Source: Candidatus Avelusimicrobium gallicola
GTDB lineage: Bacteria > Elusimicrobiota > Elusimicrobia > Elusimicrobiales > UBA9959
DNA: 64,000 nucleotides
Assembly (NCBI GenBank): GCA_020722185.1
Contig: DYLH01000005.1
Location: 269-64,268, forward strand
Direction of reading: 5' to 3'
Shown here: piece by piece, positions 27,545 to 38,165 of the stretch
Position numbering within the stretch: the first letter of the stretch is position 1
How the letters are laid out: each line of letters starts with the position of its first letter
Notes under the pieces: generated by a model
What the model was told of the DNA's origin: nothing
The model's database searches: none
What the model saw: the letters and a program-made list of their open reading frames with translations, nothing else
Made by a program: the position numbers and the translations under genes

Positions 27545-28599
27545 CCAGCGGCCTCCTTAAAAACTTTAGCCATTTCTAAGCAAAATTTTTCCTCATTGAA
27601 TATAGAAGCTCTCTCTCTGCCTTTTATCGAAAGCGTAGACAATTCTTCTGGACTTGAGAGAATCCTCTCAACTTTTTGTGCAAAATCGTTTAAATCAAGT
27701 GGATTAAAATAAATCGCGCCATCTCCCAAAATTTCTGGCATTGGAGGCATACCTGAGCTTAAAACCGGGCACCCAGCTTTCATTGCTTCAAGAGGAGGTA
27801 AACCAAATCCTTCTATAAGGGAAGGGAAAACAAATATACTTGCTCCATTGTAAAGTCTGTCTATATCTAAATCATCTAAAACACCAAGAGAAATTATCTC
27901 TCCTCCACCGTCAATCTTTTCCCTATACTTCTCTTTCCCACCGGCAATAACAAGAGAAAAAGAGTTTCTAAATAAAGCCCTCATTCTTTTATAAGCCAAA
28001 ATGAGAAAGTCCATGTTTTTGTGCGGTCTATCATCCCCCAGTGAAAATATATATTTTCCCTTGGAATTAAGAGGAGGATAAAAATCATACTTATTTTTCG
28101 CGCCTATTTCTCTAACGCATGGATATACACAGGAAATATTCTTAATGCCAACTTTTTCAAGCTCATCTCTTGAGTATTTTGAAATCGTCAAAACTTTTGT
28201 TTTATTTGAATAAAATCGGATCAAAGGTAAGGAAATATACTTATGTAAAGACCTTTTTGGCATTGCAATATCTATAAGATCGCAGACAGTTACAATCGAA
28301 GGGACAGGAAGAAACAAACTTCTCTTATAGTATGGAGAATAATAAAGGTCAAATCTTTTTTTTTGGAAAGTAATAATTGGAGCCATTTGGTCCCAGAGTA
28401 TTGTTGGATAGAAGTTGTAAACATAAAAATCACAGTTATCTGCAAGAGGAAATGGCAATTTAGTATTTTTGTCGCCAATCAAGATAAAATAAAAATTTTT
28501 TTCATACTTATTAATTTTTCTCAATAAACAGGAAAGCATACTACCTATCCCTGTTTTCCTCCCCGCAGAAAATTCTCTGACATCAATTGCTATTTTCAT
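27532..28599 (-). CDS. Glycosyltransferase, GT4-type
   Basis: MKIAIDVREF start. EGFGLPPLEAMKAGCPVLSS signature. Start moved to 28599 (M12 of the track ORF). Confidence 0.7.
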   Translation of the reverse strand: MKIAIDVREFSAGRKTGIGSMLSCLLRKINKYEKNFYFILIGDKNTKLPFPLADNCDFYVYNFYPTILWDQMAPIITFQKKRFDLYYSPYYKRSLFLPVPSIVTVCDLIDIAMPKRSLHKYISLPLIRFYSNKTKVLTISKYSRDELEKVGIKNISCVYPCVREIGAKNKYDFYPPLNSKGKYIFSLGDDRPHKNMDFLILAYKRMRALFRNSFSLVIAGGKEKYREKIDGGGEIISLGVLDDLDIDRLYNGASIFVFPSLIEGFGLPPLEAMKAGCPVLSSGMPPMPEILGDGAIYFNPLDLNDFAQKVERILSSPEELSTLSIKGRERASIFNEEKFCLEMAKVFKEAAGCAG

Positions 28600-29623
28600 A
28601 TACATCCATATATATCTTTTTAAGTTTAACAAATTGGCTCATAAATGAAAACTCAGCCCTTGATTTCTCAAATGCCCTCTTTTTTAAATTTTCATCTGCA
28701 GAAAGCGCCTTTTGAATTGATTCTGACATGCTTTTAACCACAGGAATACATAAAAAACCATCAAAACCATTTTTTATTATTTCTAAATGTCCGCCCAAAG
28801 ATGTAGCGACCACAGGCTTACCAAGACTCATTGCCTCTATAAGCACCCGGCCAAAACCTTCAATCAATGTTGAGGGACTTACAACCACGTCACAGGCATT
28901 CATATAATCCGCAATATTTTCCTTATGTCCGGTGAAAATAAAATTCATACCCCACCTCGATGAGATAATTCTTCTTTCAATTTCATCTTTAAGCTCGCCA
29001 TCTCCAACAAGTAAAAATTTCAAATTTGAATTATATTCAAGCAAATCAATGGCAGATGATATGAATAAGTCATGGCCTTTTCCAAAAATAAATCTTGAAA
29101 AAACACCAATTAACTTGTCATTTTCTTTTAAATTAAGTTCCTTTTTTATTTCCTCAGGAGGAATTTTAGCTAGAAAGTCTGGTGATATGGAATTGTAGAC
29201 AATTTCAGTCTTTTTTCTCCACATAGGGTTTAATTTATCTCTCACAACTTTGGAAATGGCTATTATCCTACTACTTAAAAAGGCAATTATATCGTCTTTT
29301 AAAAATGCTTTCTCAGTAACCCTGACATGCCATATGAATGGAATTTTCAATCTAAAAGCGGCTAAAGCGGCCTTAAAAGAATAGTATGTAGTGGCGCTAT
29401 TACAATGTATTATGTCTGGGGAGTATTCACTTATTTTTTTATAAAGGGATTTAGAATCAACTATTTCAAAAGGAATATTCTTTTTACTCAATGTATTGCT
29501 AAAAGTTCCATGTGAATCCAAAAAGACTTTTTTTTCAAATTCTGGGAAGAGAAGGATATTGAGAAGGCTTATTTGCCCTCCCCCAGGAGGATCTATTGGA
29601 GAATCTATATAAAGTATTTTCAT
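28583..29623 (-). CDS. Glycosyltransferase, GT4-type
   Basis: EGFGRVLIEAMSLGKPVVATSLGG signature. MKILYIDS start. ATGA overlap with the upstream gene. Confidence 0.7.
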   Translation of the reverse strand: MKILYIDSPIDPPGGGQISLLNILLFPEFEKKVFLDSHGTFSNTLSKKNIPFEIVDSKSLYKKISEYSPDIIHCNSATTYYSFKAALAAFRLKIPFIWHVRVTEKAFLKDDIIAFLSSRIIAISKVVRDKLNPMWRKKTEIVYNSISPDFLAKIPPEEIKKELNLKENDKLIGVFSRFIFGKGHDLFISSAIDLLEYNSNLKFLLVGDGELKDEIERRIISSRWGMNFIFTGHKENIADYMNACDVVVSPSTLIEGFGRVLIEAMSLGKPVVATSLGGHLEIIKNGFDGFLCIPVVKSMSESIQKALSADENLKKRAFEKSRAEFSFMSQFVKLKKIYMDVYENSN

Positions 29624-30993
29624 TTTCTATTGTAATAAAAAAATTCTATTTCTCCAGACCTAAAGTAATGATCTAATTTTAACTTTTTTTCTATTTCCCT
29701 TTGGTATAAAAAAGATTTTTTATCATAGTCGTGGGAACATATATAGAGAAGTTTATCAGACTTTATATCTAGATCTTCTGGATTTAAATCACTTTTTATA
29801 GCGAGAAAATCACCCTTATAGTAAAATGAGAAAGGGTATTTCATTGCCTCTTTAAAAACAACAATTTTAAAACCGCTATCAGAAGCCTCTTTTGCATAAA
29901 TGGACGCTTCCTTCCAATTCTCCTTATTGTATGCTATATCAAAAAGGAAAGCGGCCATATTAAATAATATAAGAATAAAAATTAAAATTCTGGGAATTTT
30001 TTTAGCGCTTAAATAGATCCCTCGAGCAAATCCTGCCACAAATATTGGGTATACGCATATAAGATATTTAGGTGAATAGAGAACTTTTGGAATCTTAAGT
30101 GAAACTAAAAAAGAACAGAGGAAAGCAAATAAAAAGGTTGTAAACAGTATTTTTTCCCTGTATTCACTTTTTGATAAAAGCCCTTTAAGAAAAAGGAATA
30201 TAGGGAAAAAAGCTGTCAAAGCAAAGATTATTAATTTCCATCCTCTTATTGAATTGTATGGAAAAAATTCCTGCGAAAAAGCAAAAGAATAAAATAGATA
30301 CGGCAGAAAAGCTCCAGATGAAAATTTAAGGGATGTAATAAATCTGGATTTAAGCGATGAAGGAGAGAAAAAATAAAATGCAGTTATAGAAAAAATAAAT
30401 ATCAGAGCAAATGAATAAAGATAATATTTTACAGGAGAATCGCTTTTTTTGAAAAATAGCAGAAAAGCCACAAAAAGTCCAAAAGTCAGAGAAAGCGATG
30501 GATAGAAATTATGTGAATTTAAAATGGAAAAAAGGCAGAAAAAAATAAAATTTTGAATACGTTTATTTTCAAATGTATTAAGAAAAAAATAAATTTCTGC
30601 GGAAGAGAAAAAAAGAGTAAAAGCATGCATCCTAGATATTGATCCCTCTTTTATGACAAAATAAGAAAAAGCAGATATAGCGACAGGGATAATTGAGATT
30701 TTAGATATTTTTTTTATAAAAAACAGAGATAAAAATCCGGCTATAGCAAAAATCCATCTCACTCCAAATTCACTTGCGCCTATATCAAAAAATTTATGAA
30801 TAATATGCACCATAGCAGGAGCTGTGCTATCTAATTTAACTTCGGCAAATATTTCAGCAAAACTTTTTTTTGAGAGAGTAAAGCTCCATGCTTCATCCAA
30901 AGTTAATGGATAAAAATAGGAAAAAGCAAATCTTAAAGCAAGACCCAAAAAAATAATAATAAAAATTTTTTTATCTTCACTTATTTCTTTCAT
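29620..30993 (-). CDS. Polytopic membrane glycosyltransferase, GT-C fold (ArnT/PMT_2-like)
   Basis: More than 10 hydrophobic helices. First-loop YPLTLDEAWSF (DE motif) and GASEFGVRWIFAIAG are typical of ArnT/GT39/GT83-like enzymes. Start moved to ATG 30993 (M52), reducing a 170-nt overlap to 17 nt. Confidence 0.55.
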   Translation of the reverse strand: MKEISEDKKIFIIIFLGLALRFAFSYFYPLTLDEAWSFTLSKKSFAEIFAEVKLDSTAPAMVHIIHKFFDIGASEFGVRWIFAIAGFLSLFFIKKISKISIIPVAISAFSYFVIKEGSISRMHAFTLFFSSAEIYFFLNTFENKRIQNFIFFCLFSILNSHNFYPSLSLTFGLFVAFLLFFKKSDSPVKYYLYSFALIFIFSITAFYFFSPSSLKSRFITSLKFSSGAFLPYLFYSFAFSQEFFPYNSIRGWKLIIFALTAFFPIFLFLKGLLSKSEYREKILFTTFLFAFLCSFLVSLKIPKVLYSPKYLICVYPIFVAGFARGIYLSAKKIPRILIFILILFNMAAFLFDIAYNKENWKEASIYAKEASDSGFKIVVFKEAMKYPFSFYYKGDFLAIKSDLNPEDLDIKSDKLLYICSHDYDKKSFLYQREIEKKLKLDHYFRSGEIEFFYYNRK

Positions 30994-32017
30994 AAATAGA
31001 CGATAAAACCCTGGCATGACTGTCCCAGGAATAATGTTCTGCCTTCCTAGATATTTCATCCTTAAATTTTCTTTCTTCAACCATGCAAGCCATGTCCATG
31101 GCCTTAGATAGAGAATAAATATCTTGAGGATTAAATGATATACCACAGCCCGATAATTCAGCCTCCAATGTTGGCAAACTGGAATAAATCACAGGTTTTC
31201 CCATAGAAATAGCAAATGACACAAGTCCAGAATTGAATATTTCTCTATATGGAAGAACAAGAAAATCTGAAGCGGCCCAGTAAATGGATGTTTCCTCCCT
31301 TGAAACATACTCACAGTGAAATAAAAAGTTTTTAAGACCATTTAATTTGTTTTTTATACTCTTTTCAGTCTCATCATCACATCTCCCTGCTATTATGAGA
31401 AATTTGCCAAAAGGATTTAACAAAAAAGCATCTATCAATATATCCACTCCTTTATATGGCCTTATATTGCCATAGAATAGAAAAACCTTTTCTTTCTCGG
31501 CTATGCCAATTGTTTTTTTTGCCTGATCATATGAAATTTTTTTTTCATAAAGACTTGCGTATCCGCCTTGTGGCGCAATAAAAGTTTTTCCTTTAACTTT
31601 TTCACCGTAAAATTCAATAAGTTTTTCCTTTTGGGCGTGTGAATGAACTATAAGAGAATTTGAAAGGCGAATGACTATTTTATTTACAAAAAATTCAAAT
31701 TTTTCCTGGTATCTTTCATGATTGATGAGATTGTGAACTGTCCACACTATTTTTATACCTGTAAGTCTCAATAAAACAAGCTCAAAAATAAAATGAATGG
31801 ATTTAAGAAAACTTAAAAATATAGAGGAGGAAAAAACATAAGTTCCAGTCCAGTGAAGATGAAGGGCTTTAGCTTGATATTTTGCGCATGATCTCATCAA
31901 TGGAAATAAGGATTTGCGTAAAGCAGAAAAAGTTTCAATATTTAGCTTATTCAAACTAAATTTAAGCAAATATTGATAATCATTATCTCCAAAATCTGGA
32001 GCGAAAACTACTCTCAT
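30977..32017 (-). CDS. Glycosyltransferase, GT-B fold (GT4-like)
   Basis: FLFYGNIRPYKGVDILIDAF ... NSGLVSFAISMGKPVIYS pattern. Start at MRVVFAPDF (32017) gives an ATGA overlap with the GT2 gene. Confidence 0.6.
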   Translation of the reverse strand: MRVVFAPDFGDNDYQYLLKFSLNKLNIETFSALRKSLFPLMRSCAKYQAKALHLHWTGTYVFSSSIFLSFLKSIHFIFELVLLRLTGIKIVWTVHNLINHERYQEKFEFFVNKIVIRLSNSLIVHSHAQKEKLIEFYGEKVKGKTFIAPQGGYASLYEKKISYDQAKKTIGIAEKEKVFLFYGNIRPYKGVDILIDAFLLNPFGKFLIIAGRCDDETEKSIKNKLNGLKNFLFHCEYVSREETSIYWAASDFLVLPYREIFNSGLVSFAISMGKPVIYSSLPTLEAELSGCGISFNPQDIYSLSKAMDMACMVEERKFKDEISRKAEHYSWDSHARVLSSIYERNK

Positions 32018-32937
32018 AACCCTAGACTCCATAAAAGCAATTCTTTTCTGTTTTTAATCTTTTTAATTGTATAATCTCTGTCATTTTTTATGATAAATTT
32101 AAAAACGAGCACGGAAAGATAAATCAAACACATGAGAGCTATTGAAATTCTTATAAAGATACCTGCCCCCATAAAGCCGTGTTTAAGATGATATCTATAC
32201 ATGCTCTTATAATATTCAACGCTCCTGACATTAGTTTTTTCACTAACCTTTCCTTTTTTATGAATTATTTCACATTCAGGCAGAAAAAACACATCTAAAT
32301 TTCTTTTAGACAATCTCTTGCATAAGTCAATCTCTTCAAAATACATAAAAAAATCTTCATCAAAACCACCGATATACTCAAAAGTCTCCTTTTTAACTAC
32401 AAAAGCGGCACCTATAACCCAATCTACTTTTTGATAAAAATTAAAAATCTCAAAATCATAATTCACCCTTCTATTAAGAGGATTATTTGGAAAATAATAG
32501 TGTATCTCAAAAAGCTCCATAACCGAAAAAAATGGAGAAAAAAATCTTTTATAAGAATCTTGATAAGACCCGTCAGGCCATAGAAGTTTAGCTCCGACAG
32601 CTGTAATATCTGGATGCATGTTTAGAAATTTGATCATATTTGAAATAGAGTTTTTTTTCACTTCAGTATCTGGATTTAAGAAAAAAAGCCAATTCCCAAT
32701 AGCTTTTTGCGCACCCAAATTACATGCGGCGCCGAAGCCAATATTTGCACCCGCCTCTATGACTTTGACCTCTGGATAAAGAGCTTTTGTATTCTTAACA
32801 GTATCATCTGAGGAGGCATTGTCAACCACTATAACTTCAAAATCTTTACAGTTACTTTCGCGAAATGACTTAAGGCATGGATAAAGCATATCCCAACAAT
32901 TCCAGCTAACTATTATGACAGATATTTTTGTATTCAT
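32014..32937 (-). CDS. Glycosyltransferase family 2
   Basis: ISVIIVSWNCWDML...VVDNASSDDT...FLNPDT is GT-A with a DXD-type motif. C-terminal hydrophobic helix. Confidence 0.8.
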   Translation of the reverse strand: MNTKISVIIVSWNCWDMLYPCLKSFRESNCKDFEVIVVDNASSDDTVKNTKALYPEVKVIEAGANIGFGAACNLGAQKAIGNWLFFLNPDTEVKKNSISNMIKFLNMHPDITAVGAKLLWPDGSYQDSYKRFFSPFFSVMELFEIHYYFPNNPLNRRVNYDFEIFNFYQKVDWVIGAAFVVKKETFEYIGGFDEDFFMYFEEIDLCKRLSKRNLDVFFLPECEIIHKKGKVSEKTNVRSVEYYKSMYRYHLKHGFMGAGIFIRISIALMCLIYLSVLVFKFIIKNDRDYTIKKIKNRKELLLWSLGL

Positions 32938-32974
32938 TTAATTACTCTCTCAAATACATATTTCTGGCATACTA

Positions 32975-34615
32975 TCAAAAAGCTATTCTCTCTAAATTCA
33001 TAACTTCGGCAATTTTCATAGCAACAGTATCTGGTTTTATTTTCCTCATACATTTGTGATGTCTGAGAGGACAACCTTTTTTTAACTCCGGTTCTCTGTA
33101 AATGCCCTTAGTATAGCAACCATAACATTCAGTGTCAAAAAATGGAAAAGTAAAACCATTGTATGCCCTTAGTTTTGACTCAGCCGGACCGTATAAAACA
33201 AAACTTTTGGCTTTCACTAAAGCTGCGATATGAGCCAAACCACTGTCATTGCCAAGGAAAAAACCACATTTAGAAATAATCCATGCAGTTTGTCTAAGCG
33301 TAAGACGATTAGTAAAATCTATATCTGCATAAGACAATCTCAATTCTCTTGATCTTCTTTTGTCAAATCCACAAGTCCCATTGACCATCCAGTATTTAGA
33401 ATATCTGCCAATTTCAATTATTTTAATTTTAAAACTTTCTTTAAGTATGCGGCATGTCTTTTCAAAATTTTCAAAAGGCCAAAGTCTGGAGGCCCATCCA
33501 CTTCTGGTATCCACAGCTAAACACGGTAAGCTTAAATCAAAATCTATCTCATCTTCTTTTGAAAGTCGAAGCTCAGCCATAGGAAGATCCACTTCGTCTA
33601 ATCCAGCCTGATTTGCAAATTCTCTGTTAAGGTGTACTGAAAGATCTCTGGCGAAATGAAACTCAACAATATTTACCCCTGACATTGCCCTGTCTGAAAT
33701 TCCAGAAAAAACTGGGCTGAGTGACAATATATCTTTGTAAGTTGAATCTTCACTTAAATAGAGAGATATGTCCTTAAATTTTTGTTTTATAAGTTCGAGG
33801 GATGGCAATACACAAAGGTTGTCCCCTATAGACATTCTCATTCTAACTAAATTAGGACCACTTATATTGAATATTTTATTTACAGTTTTCTTCTTTTTTC
33901 TGTATATCATTGTATTTATGAATGGCAATATCTCAGCAGGCACATATGCTTTGTAAAATCCAGCTTTTTCAAAAACTTCATCCCAAAATGATGGGCGCTC
34001 AAAAATCCTATGAGTTGGGTCATCATAAAAATCCCTAATACTATTTGGATAAACAGGAATACTGCAAATAACCCAGTCTGAAGATATATTGTAAATTTTA
34101 GATAGAAAATTACTGATTTCCTCTTTTTCTATATGCTCAACTACACTGAAAAGACAAACTATATCAAATTTTTTTGAAAAAAGAGATTCGTCCAACTTGA
34201 ACACATGGTTTGAAACCTTTTTATTCAGGGCGTTTGGCGAGCTCTCATAACCTTCAGCATCATATCCCATTTCTCTTAATTTTTTAACCAGATCTCCAGT
34301 TCCACAGCCCAAGTCACATATCTTAGTTTTATGGTCAGGAACCGCATACATTACAGCTTTTAAGCAAGACTCAAGATAAACTGAATAATTTTCATTATGT
34401 ATTCTTTCATAGTATTTGGAATCCTGCCCGACATTAAATCTTAATCCCAAAGATGGATAAAGCCAAAATAAAAATTTTTTTCCCGGCGAAAAAAGTTTCT
34501 TAATAGCCATCATAAATATTAGTACATTTTTGAAATTATCGTATTTATCCCTGTAAGACATGGAAAGAACTATCTTTTCATAAAAATTTACAAATTTCAT
34601 CAATATAGATTTCAT
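32975..34615 (-). CDS. Fusion protein: class I SAM-dependent methyltransferase (N-terminal) plus GT9 heptosyltransferase-like glycosyltransferase (C-terminal)
   Basis: ICDLGCGTGDLVKKL and FDIVCLFSVVEHI (methyltransferase motifs I and post-II). C-terminal GNDSGLAHIAALVKAKSFVLYGP (GT9 signature) and SIGDNLCVLPSLELIKQKF. Confidence 0.65.
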   Translation of the reverse strand: MKSILMKFVNFYEKIVLSMSYRDKYDNFKNVLIFMMAIKKLFSPGKKFLFWLYPSLGLRFNVGQDSKYYERIHNENYSVYLESCLKAVMYAVPDHKTKICDLGCGTGDLVKKLREMGYDAEGYESSPNALNKKVSNHVFKLDESLFSKKFDIVCLFSVVEHIEKEEISNFLSKIYNISSDWVICSIPVYPNSIRDFYDDPTHRIFERPSFWDEVFEKAGFYKAYVPAEILPFINTMIYRKKKKTVNKIFNISGPNLVRMRMSIGDNLCVLPSLELIKQKFKDISLYLSEDSTYKDILSLSPVFSGISDRAMSGVNIVEFHFARDLSVHLNREFANQAGLDEVDLPMAELRLSKEDEIDFDLSLPCLAVDTRSGWASRLWPFENFEKTCRILKESFKIKIIEIGRYSKYWMVNGTCGFDKRRSRELRLSYADIDFTNRLTLRQTAWIISKCGFFLGNDSGLAHIAALVKAKSFVLYGPAESKLRAYNGFTFPFFDTECYGCYTKGIYREPELKKGCPLRHHKCMRKIKPDTVAMKIAEVMNLERIAF

Positions 34616-34620
34616 AGTTT

Positions 34621-35241
34621 TTATTTTACTTTTTCAGCTATTATATGAAAGCTCCAATATATATCTGCCTCTTTTGATGAAAATATAATCTTACAGCCGC
34701 AGGAAGAAATAAAACTTTCAAGAATTTCAGATTCAGGAATCCATTTATGCTGCATCCCCACCCATGGAGCAAGAGGTCTCCACAATAGCATAGATTTGTG
34801 CGGAGCATATATAAAAAGAATCCCACCTTGCCTCAACTTTCTTATCCATAGAGACAAGGCATCCCGCCACCTTTCTAGATGTTCTATACAGTGTGAACTA
34901 AACACATAATCAAGAGAATTATCTTTAAAGATATTAAGTTTATAAGCATTCACATCTTTTTCATCCCTTACTGGAAAAGCTGATTTAAGTGGCCATTGTC
35001 CCGCGCCGACATCTATGCCTCGCCCATGGCAATATTTCAAGGCCTCTATTTTTATAAATGAAACCGCATTTCCTTTATTTAAGTATTCTGGATAGAAATA
35101 CCCTTTGTATGTATAATATAATCTCCCATTTATAGTTATTTGATTTAAAAAGAGTTTATTAAGCCTAATAATAGTTTTGTATAGGAAAATTTTGGGATTG
35201 GTAAAAAGGAGAAAAAATTTTTCAAGTATATTTTTTATCAT
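34621..35241 (-). CDS. SAM-dependent methyltransferase (Methyltransf_11-like)
   Basis: GIDVGAGQWP and LDYVFSSHCIEHL motifs; 206 aa. Confidence 0.6.
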   Translation of the reverse strand: MIKNILEKFFLLFTNPKIFLYKTIIRLNKLFLNQITINGRLYYTYKGYFYPEYLNKGNAVSFIKIEALKYCHGRGIDVGAGQWPLKSAFPVRDEKDVNAYKLNIFKDNSLDYVFSSHCIEHLERWRDALSLWIRKLRQGGILFIYAPHKSMLLWRPLAPWVGMQHKWIPESEILESFISSCGCKIIFSSKEADIYWSFHIIAEKVK

Positions 35242-36796
35242 AGCAAAAAACTCTCATCAGTCTAATGACAAGTATTTTATTTTTTTCAAAAAATCTCTTA
35301 TCAATCAAATCAAATGGTTTTAGCAAATAAATAATAGACAGATACACGAACAGATAAAGAGCAAACAATTCTGACAATATTAATACTAATTCAAACTTAG
35401 TATACGAATATTTAAAATGAGAAGCCGCCAGATATGTAAAGATAAAAGCTATAAATCCCGACAGAAAAAAAGATAATATCTTTTTGAAAAACAATTTATT
35501 GTCCAATTTAATCAAAGGATGAAGCATGTTCATAAAATATAAAACTGCTACAGTCATTGGGATAGCTGTGCCGACGGCCGCGCCAGAAAAACCAAAAAGA
35601 TATATAAAGAAAAAGCTCAAAAAAATATTCAAAATCATATTCAAAACAGCGCCTTTCATTTGCAAATCAGGCCTGCCTATGCCCTGTGAAACTGCCCCGC
35701 TGACAGCGCCGAATACAGTATTAAACATATATCCCCATCCCATTATAGTAACAATCCTAACAGATTCAGGATAGTTTGAACCAAGCCAAAATTTTATAAT
35801 CAGAGATGGAGAGGCTGAGACAAAACCAAGTAATAAAACTGTTATAAAAGCAAGATATTTAACAGATCTGAAATAGATTTCGCTTAATTCGGTGTGCTTT
35901 TCCACCGCTTTAAGTCTTGAAAACACCGGGAAAAGAGCTCCCACTATTAAAGTTGGGATATTTCTTGTCTGTTCACATAGAGAATTTCCTATTTGATAAA
36001 AACCCACATATGAAAGTCCGACAAGACGCGTTATTATTATTTTTTCAAGATGAGAGGCGATAATTGAAGAAAGCCTTGTAATCTGCAATTTCCCCCCATA
36101 ACTAAATATCAAATAAAAAATCTCTCTATCAAAATAGAAAATTCTTATTTTAAGATACGGCAAAAGTTTAAAAGATATATAGAGATAAATTAATCCACTC
36201 AAAATCACAATCAAAAGACTGTTTAGCATAAGGCCATATAAACCAAAGCCTCTATCTAGAAAAAAAATAGATCCAAACAAATTAAGAATAGAGAAAAGAA
36301 TGGACAATGATGACACTAAATCAAAACGCTCTATAGCTGGAATAATAGCTTGAAAGGGAGAAAACAAACCAGAAAAAGAAAGTATAGATCCATAAATCAT
36401 AAGAATTAAAAAAGCTTCTTTTTTGAAATTGTCAGGTAATTTCAAAAAATCGATAATATGCTCTCCTCCAAAGAAAAAAAGAGAAAATATTAAAACACCA
36501 AAGAGAAAATAAAATGAGATTCCACATCCAATAATCTTGTTTATCTTTTCATTTTGGTTTAAAGCTTTATATTCAGAAATATATTTAACAAAAGAAGTCC
36601 CGACTCCAAGGTCTAAAAGAGAAAAATATCCTCCAGCAGCAGTTATTAGAGCATAAATTCCATATTTTTCAATGCCAATTTTCTTTATTATGTAGTAAGT
36701 CAAAAAAAGTCCGACTAGAGAAGAGAATAATTTTCCGCCAGCATTCCACATTGTATTTCTAAATATGGATGGCCTTGTATATTCAATTTCTCCCAT
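35222..36796 (-). CDS. wzx: Oligosaccharide-unit flippase (Wzx, MOP superfamily)
   Basis: 524 aa, ~14 hydrophobic helices. The N-terminal NTMWNAGGKLFSSLVGLFLTYYIIKKIG pattern is typical of polysaccharide flippases. Confidence 0.7.
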   Translation of the reverse strand: MGEIEYTRPSIFRNTMWNAGGKLFSSLVGLFLTYYIIKKIGIEKYGIYALITAAGGYFSLLDLGVGTSFVKYISEYKALNQNEKINKIIGCGISFYFLFGVLIFSLFFFGGEHIIDFLKLPDNFKKEAFLILMIYGSILSFSGLFSPFQAIIPAIERFDLVSSLSILFSILNLFGSIFFLDRGFGLYGLMLNSLLIVILSGLIYLYISFKLLPYLKIRIFYFDREIFYLIFSYGGKLQITRLSSIIASHLEKIIITRLVGLSYVGFYQIGNSLCEQTRNIPTLIVGALFPVFSRLKAVEKHTELSEIYFRSVKYLAFITVLLLGFVSASPSLIIKFWLGSNYPESVRIVTIMGWGYMFNTVFGAVSGAVSQGIGRPDLQMKGAVLNMILNIFLSFFFIYLFGFSGAAVGTAIPMTVAVLYFMNMLHPLIKLDNKLFFKKILSFFLSGFIAFIFTYLAASHFKYSYTKFELVLILSELFALYLFVYLSIIYLLKPFDLIDKRFFEKNKILVIRLMRVFCYDKKYT

Positions 36797-38165
36797 CTTT
36801 ATTTACTCCCTCTATGCGTGAATAGGCAAGGCTGGCAAGAGCTGTAAGAAACCAAAAAGGCTCCATTATCCTGACTATTATGAAAGTATTTACACCCAAT
36901 CCCTGAACCAATAGCCCCGGCAAAGCGCATAAAAGCCCCAAACCTATCACTTTCTCAATTTCATTAGCAGAATTTTTATAGATAAAATAAAAAACTTTTA
37001 AAAGAGAGTACATTAACCATATAAAGCCAGCAAGACCTATCAATCCTATTTCTCCCATAACTAAGGCATACTGATTATCCCCAAGCCCTATTCCTGTAAC
37101 ACCCATACCAAGAGCTGGGTGTTTAGGTAAAACATTGTTTATTACATTTATCAAGGATTGATATCTAAGCCATGCAGATTCCTCAAGTTTTATCTCGCCA
37201 AAGGGCGTATTTACAGATTTTATAGCTTCATCCCCTGAGAAAGTGCTTTTTATCCTATTTTCCACTTTTTCACTGGTGCCAGGCAAAGTTAAAGCAAGAA
37301 TAAAGCCTAATAGTGCGGCTAAAATAAAAAAAATTCTTTTTTTACTCGATAAAAAAATGAATACAGTAAAAGAGACAATCAAACCTAGATAAGAAGCTCT
37401 GGAGAATGTCAAAAGGAAAGAGTTATACATTAAAATCATAGTGATAATAGACAACAAAAACATCCATCCAAAGTATTGCGATGACAAAGCTAAAAGAATG
37501 GAGTAAGCAATTATGTAATAACCACCCAGAGAGGCTGGTTCCGATTCTTCTGGCGAATCAAGGGGAGCCTCAAATGGAGCGCTTGCCCTTATATCCTGGC
37601 CAACTGCATTATAGTAATAGTAGTATGAGTACACTATGACTGCTATCAAGACTATCCATGCGTATTTCAAATATCTGGAAAAATCTTTTTCATCCTTCAA
37701 CACATTCAAAGTCATAAAATAAAGAATATAGTACTCTATGTATTTAAGCAGATAAAAAAATGCCTTCTTATACTCTATATTTCCTCTAAAAACGCCAAAG
37801 GATGTGGATATGATATACACTAAAGTATAAAACAAAAGAGGCTTCGTTATTGGGCTATATGCCAGTGACCCTTCTTTTTTAAAGATAGCCATCCTTGCAA
37901 GCCAGGCAAAAAATATCATTATTAAAAATACATCATCGTACCTTATAACCACATTTCTTCCAGGAACTCCACCCACAGCGATCTCAGGAGAGAGAAGCAT
38001 TGAAAAAACCAATAATATAAGGCTTGATTTTATGGAGAAAAAAGCGAAAAAAGCTGATATGACACCTATCAATCCCGCTAAAAGCAAATGCAAAGAAAAG
38101 TTGACTACAATCCATCCAGAAAAAACAGCTATAAGTACTAAAGCAATGATAATGATTATAGGCAT
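36783..38165 (-). CDS. O-antigen ligase/polymerase-like membrane protein (Wzy_C family)
   Basis: 460 aa, polytopic, with a large loop after TFSRASYLGLIVS (Wzy_C-like motif). Positioned between wzx and wzc. Confidence 0.6.
   Translation of the reverse strand: MPIIIIIALVLIAVFSGWIVVNFSLHLLLAGLIGVISAFFAFFSIKSSLILLVFSMLLSPEIAVGGVPGRNVVIRYDDVFLIMIFFAWLARMAIFKKEGSLAYSPITKPLLFYTLVYIISTSFGVFRGNIEYKKAFFYLLKYIEYYILYFMTLNVLKDEKDFSRYLKYAWIVLIAVIVYSYYYYYNAVGQDIRASAPFEAPLDSPEESEPASLGGYYIIAYSILLALSSQYFGWMFLLSIITMILMYNSFLLTFSRASYLGLIVSFTVFIFLSSKKRIFFILAALLGFILALTLPGTSEKVENRIKSTFSGDEAIKSVNTPFGEIKLEESAWLRYQSLINVINNVLPKHPALGMGVTGIGLGDNQYALVMGEIGLIGLAGFIWLMYSLLKVFYFIYKNSANEIEKVIGLGLLCALPGLLVQGLGVNTFIIVRIMEPFWFLTALASLAYSRIEGVNKDGRN

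Noticed and set aside
30977-31146. 170-nt overlap between track ORFs 29620-31146 and 30977-32032
   Set aside because: This is an artefact of the longest-ORF convention. An internal ATG at 30993 (MKEISEDKK..., just before the first hydrophobic helix) reduces the overlap to 17 nt.
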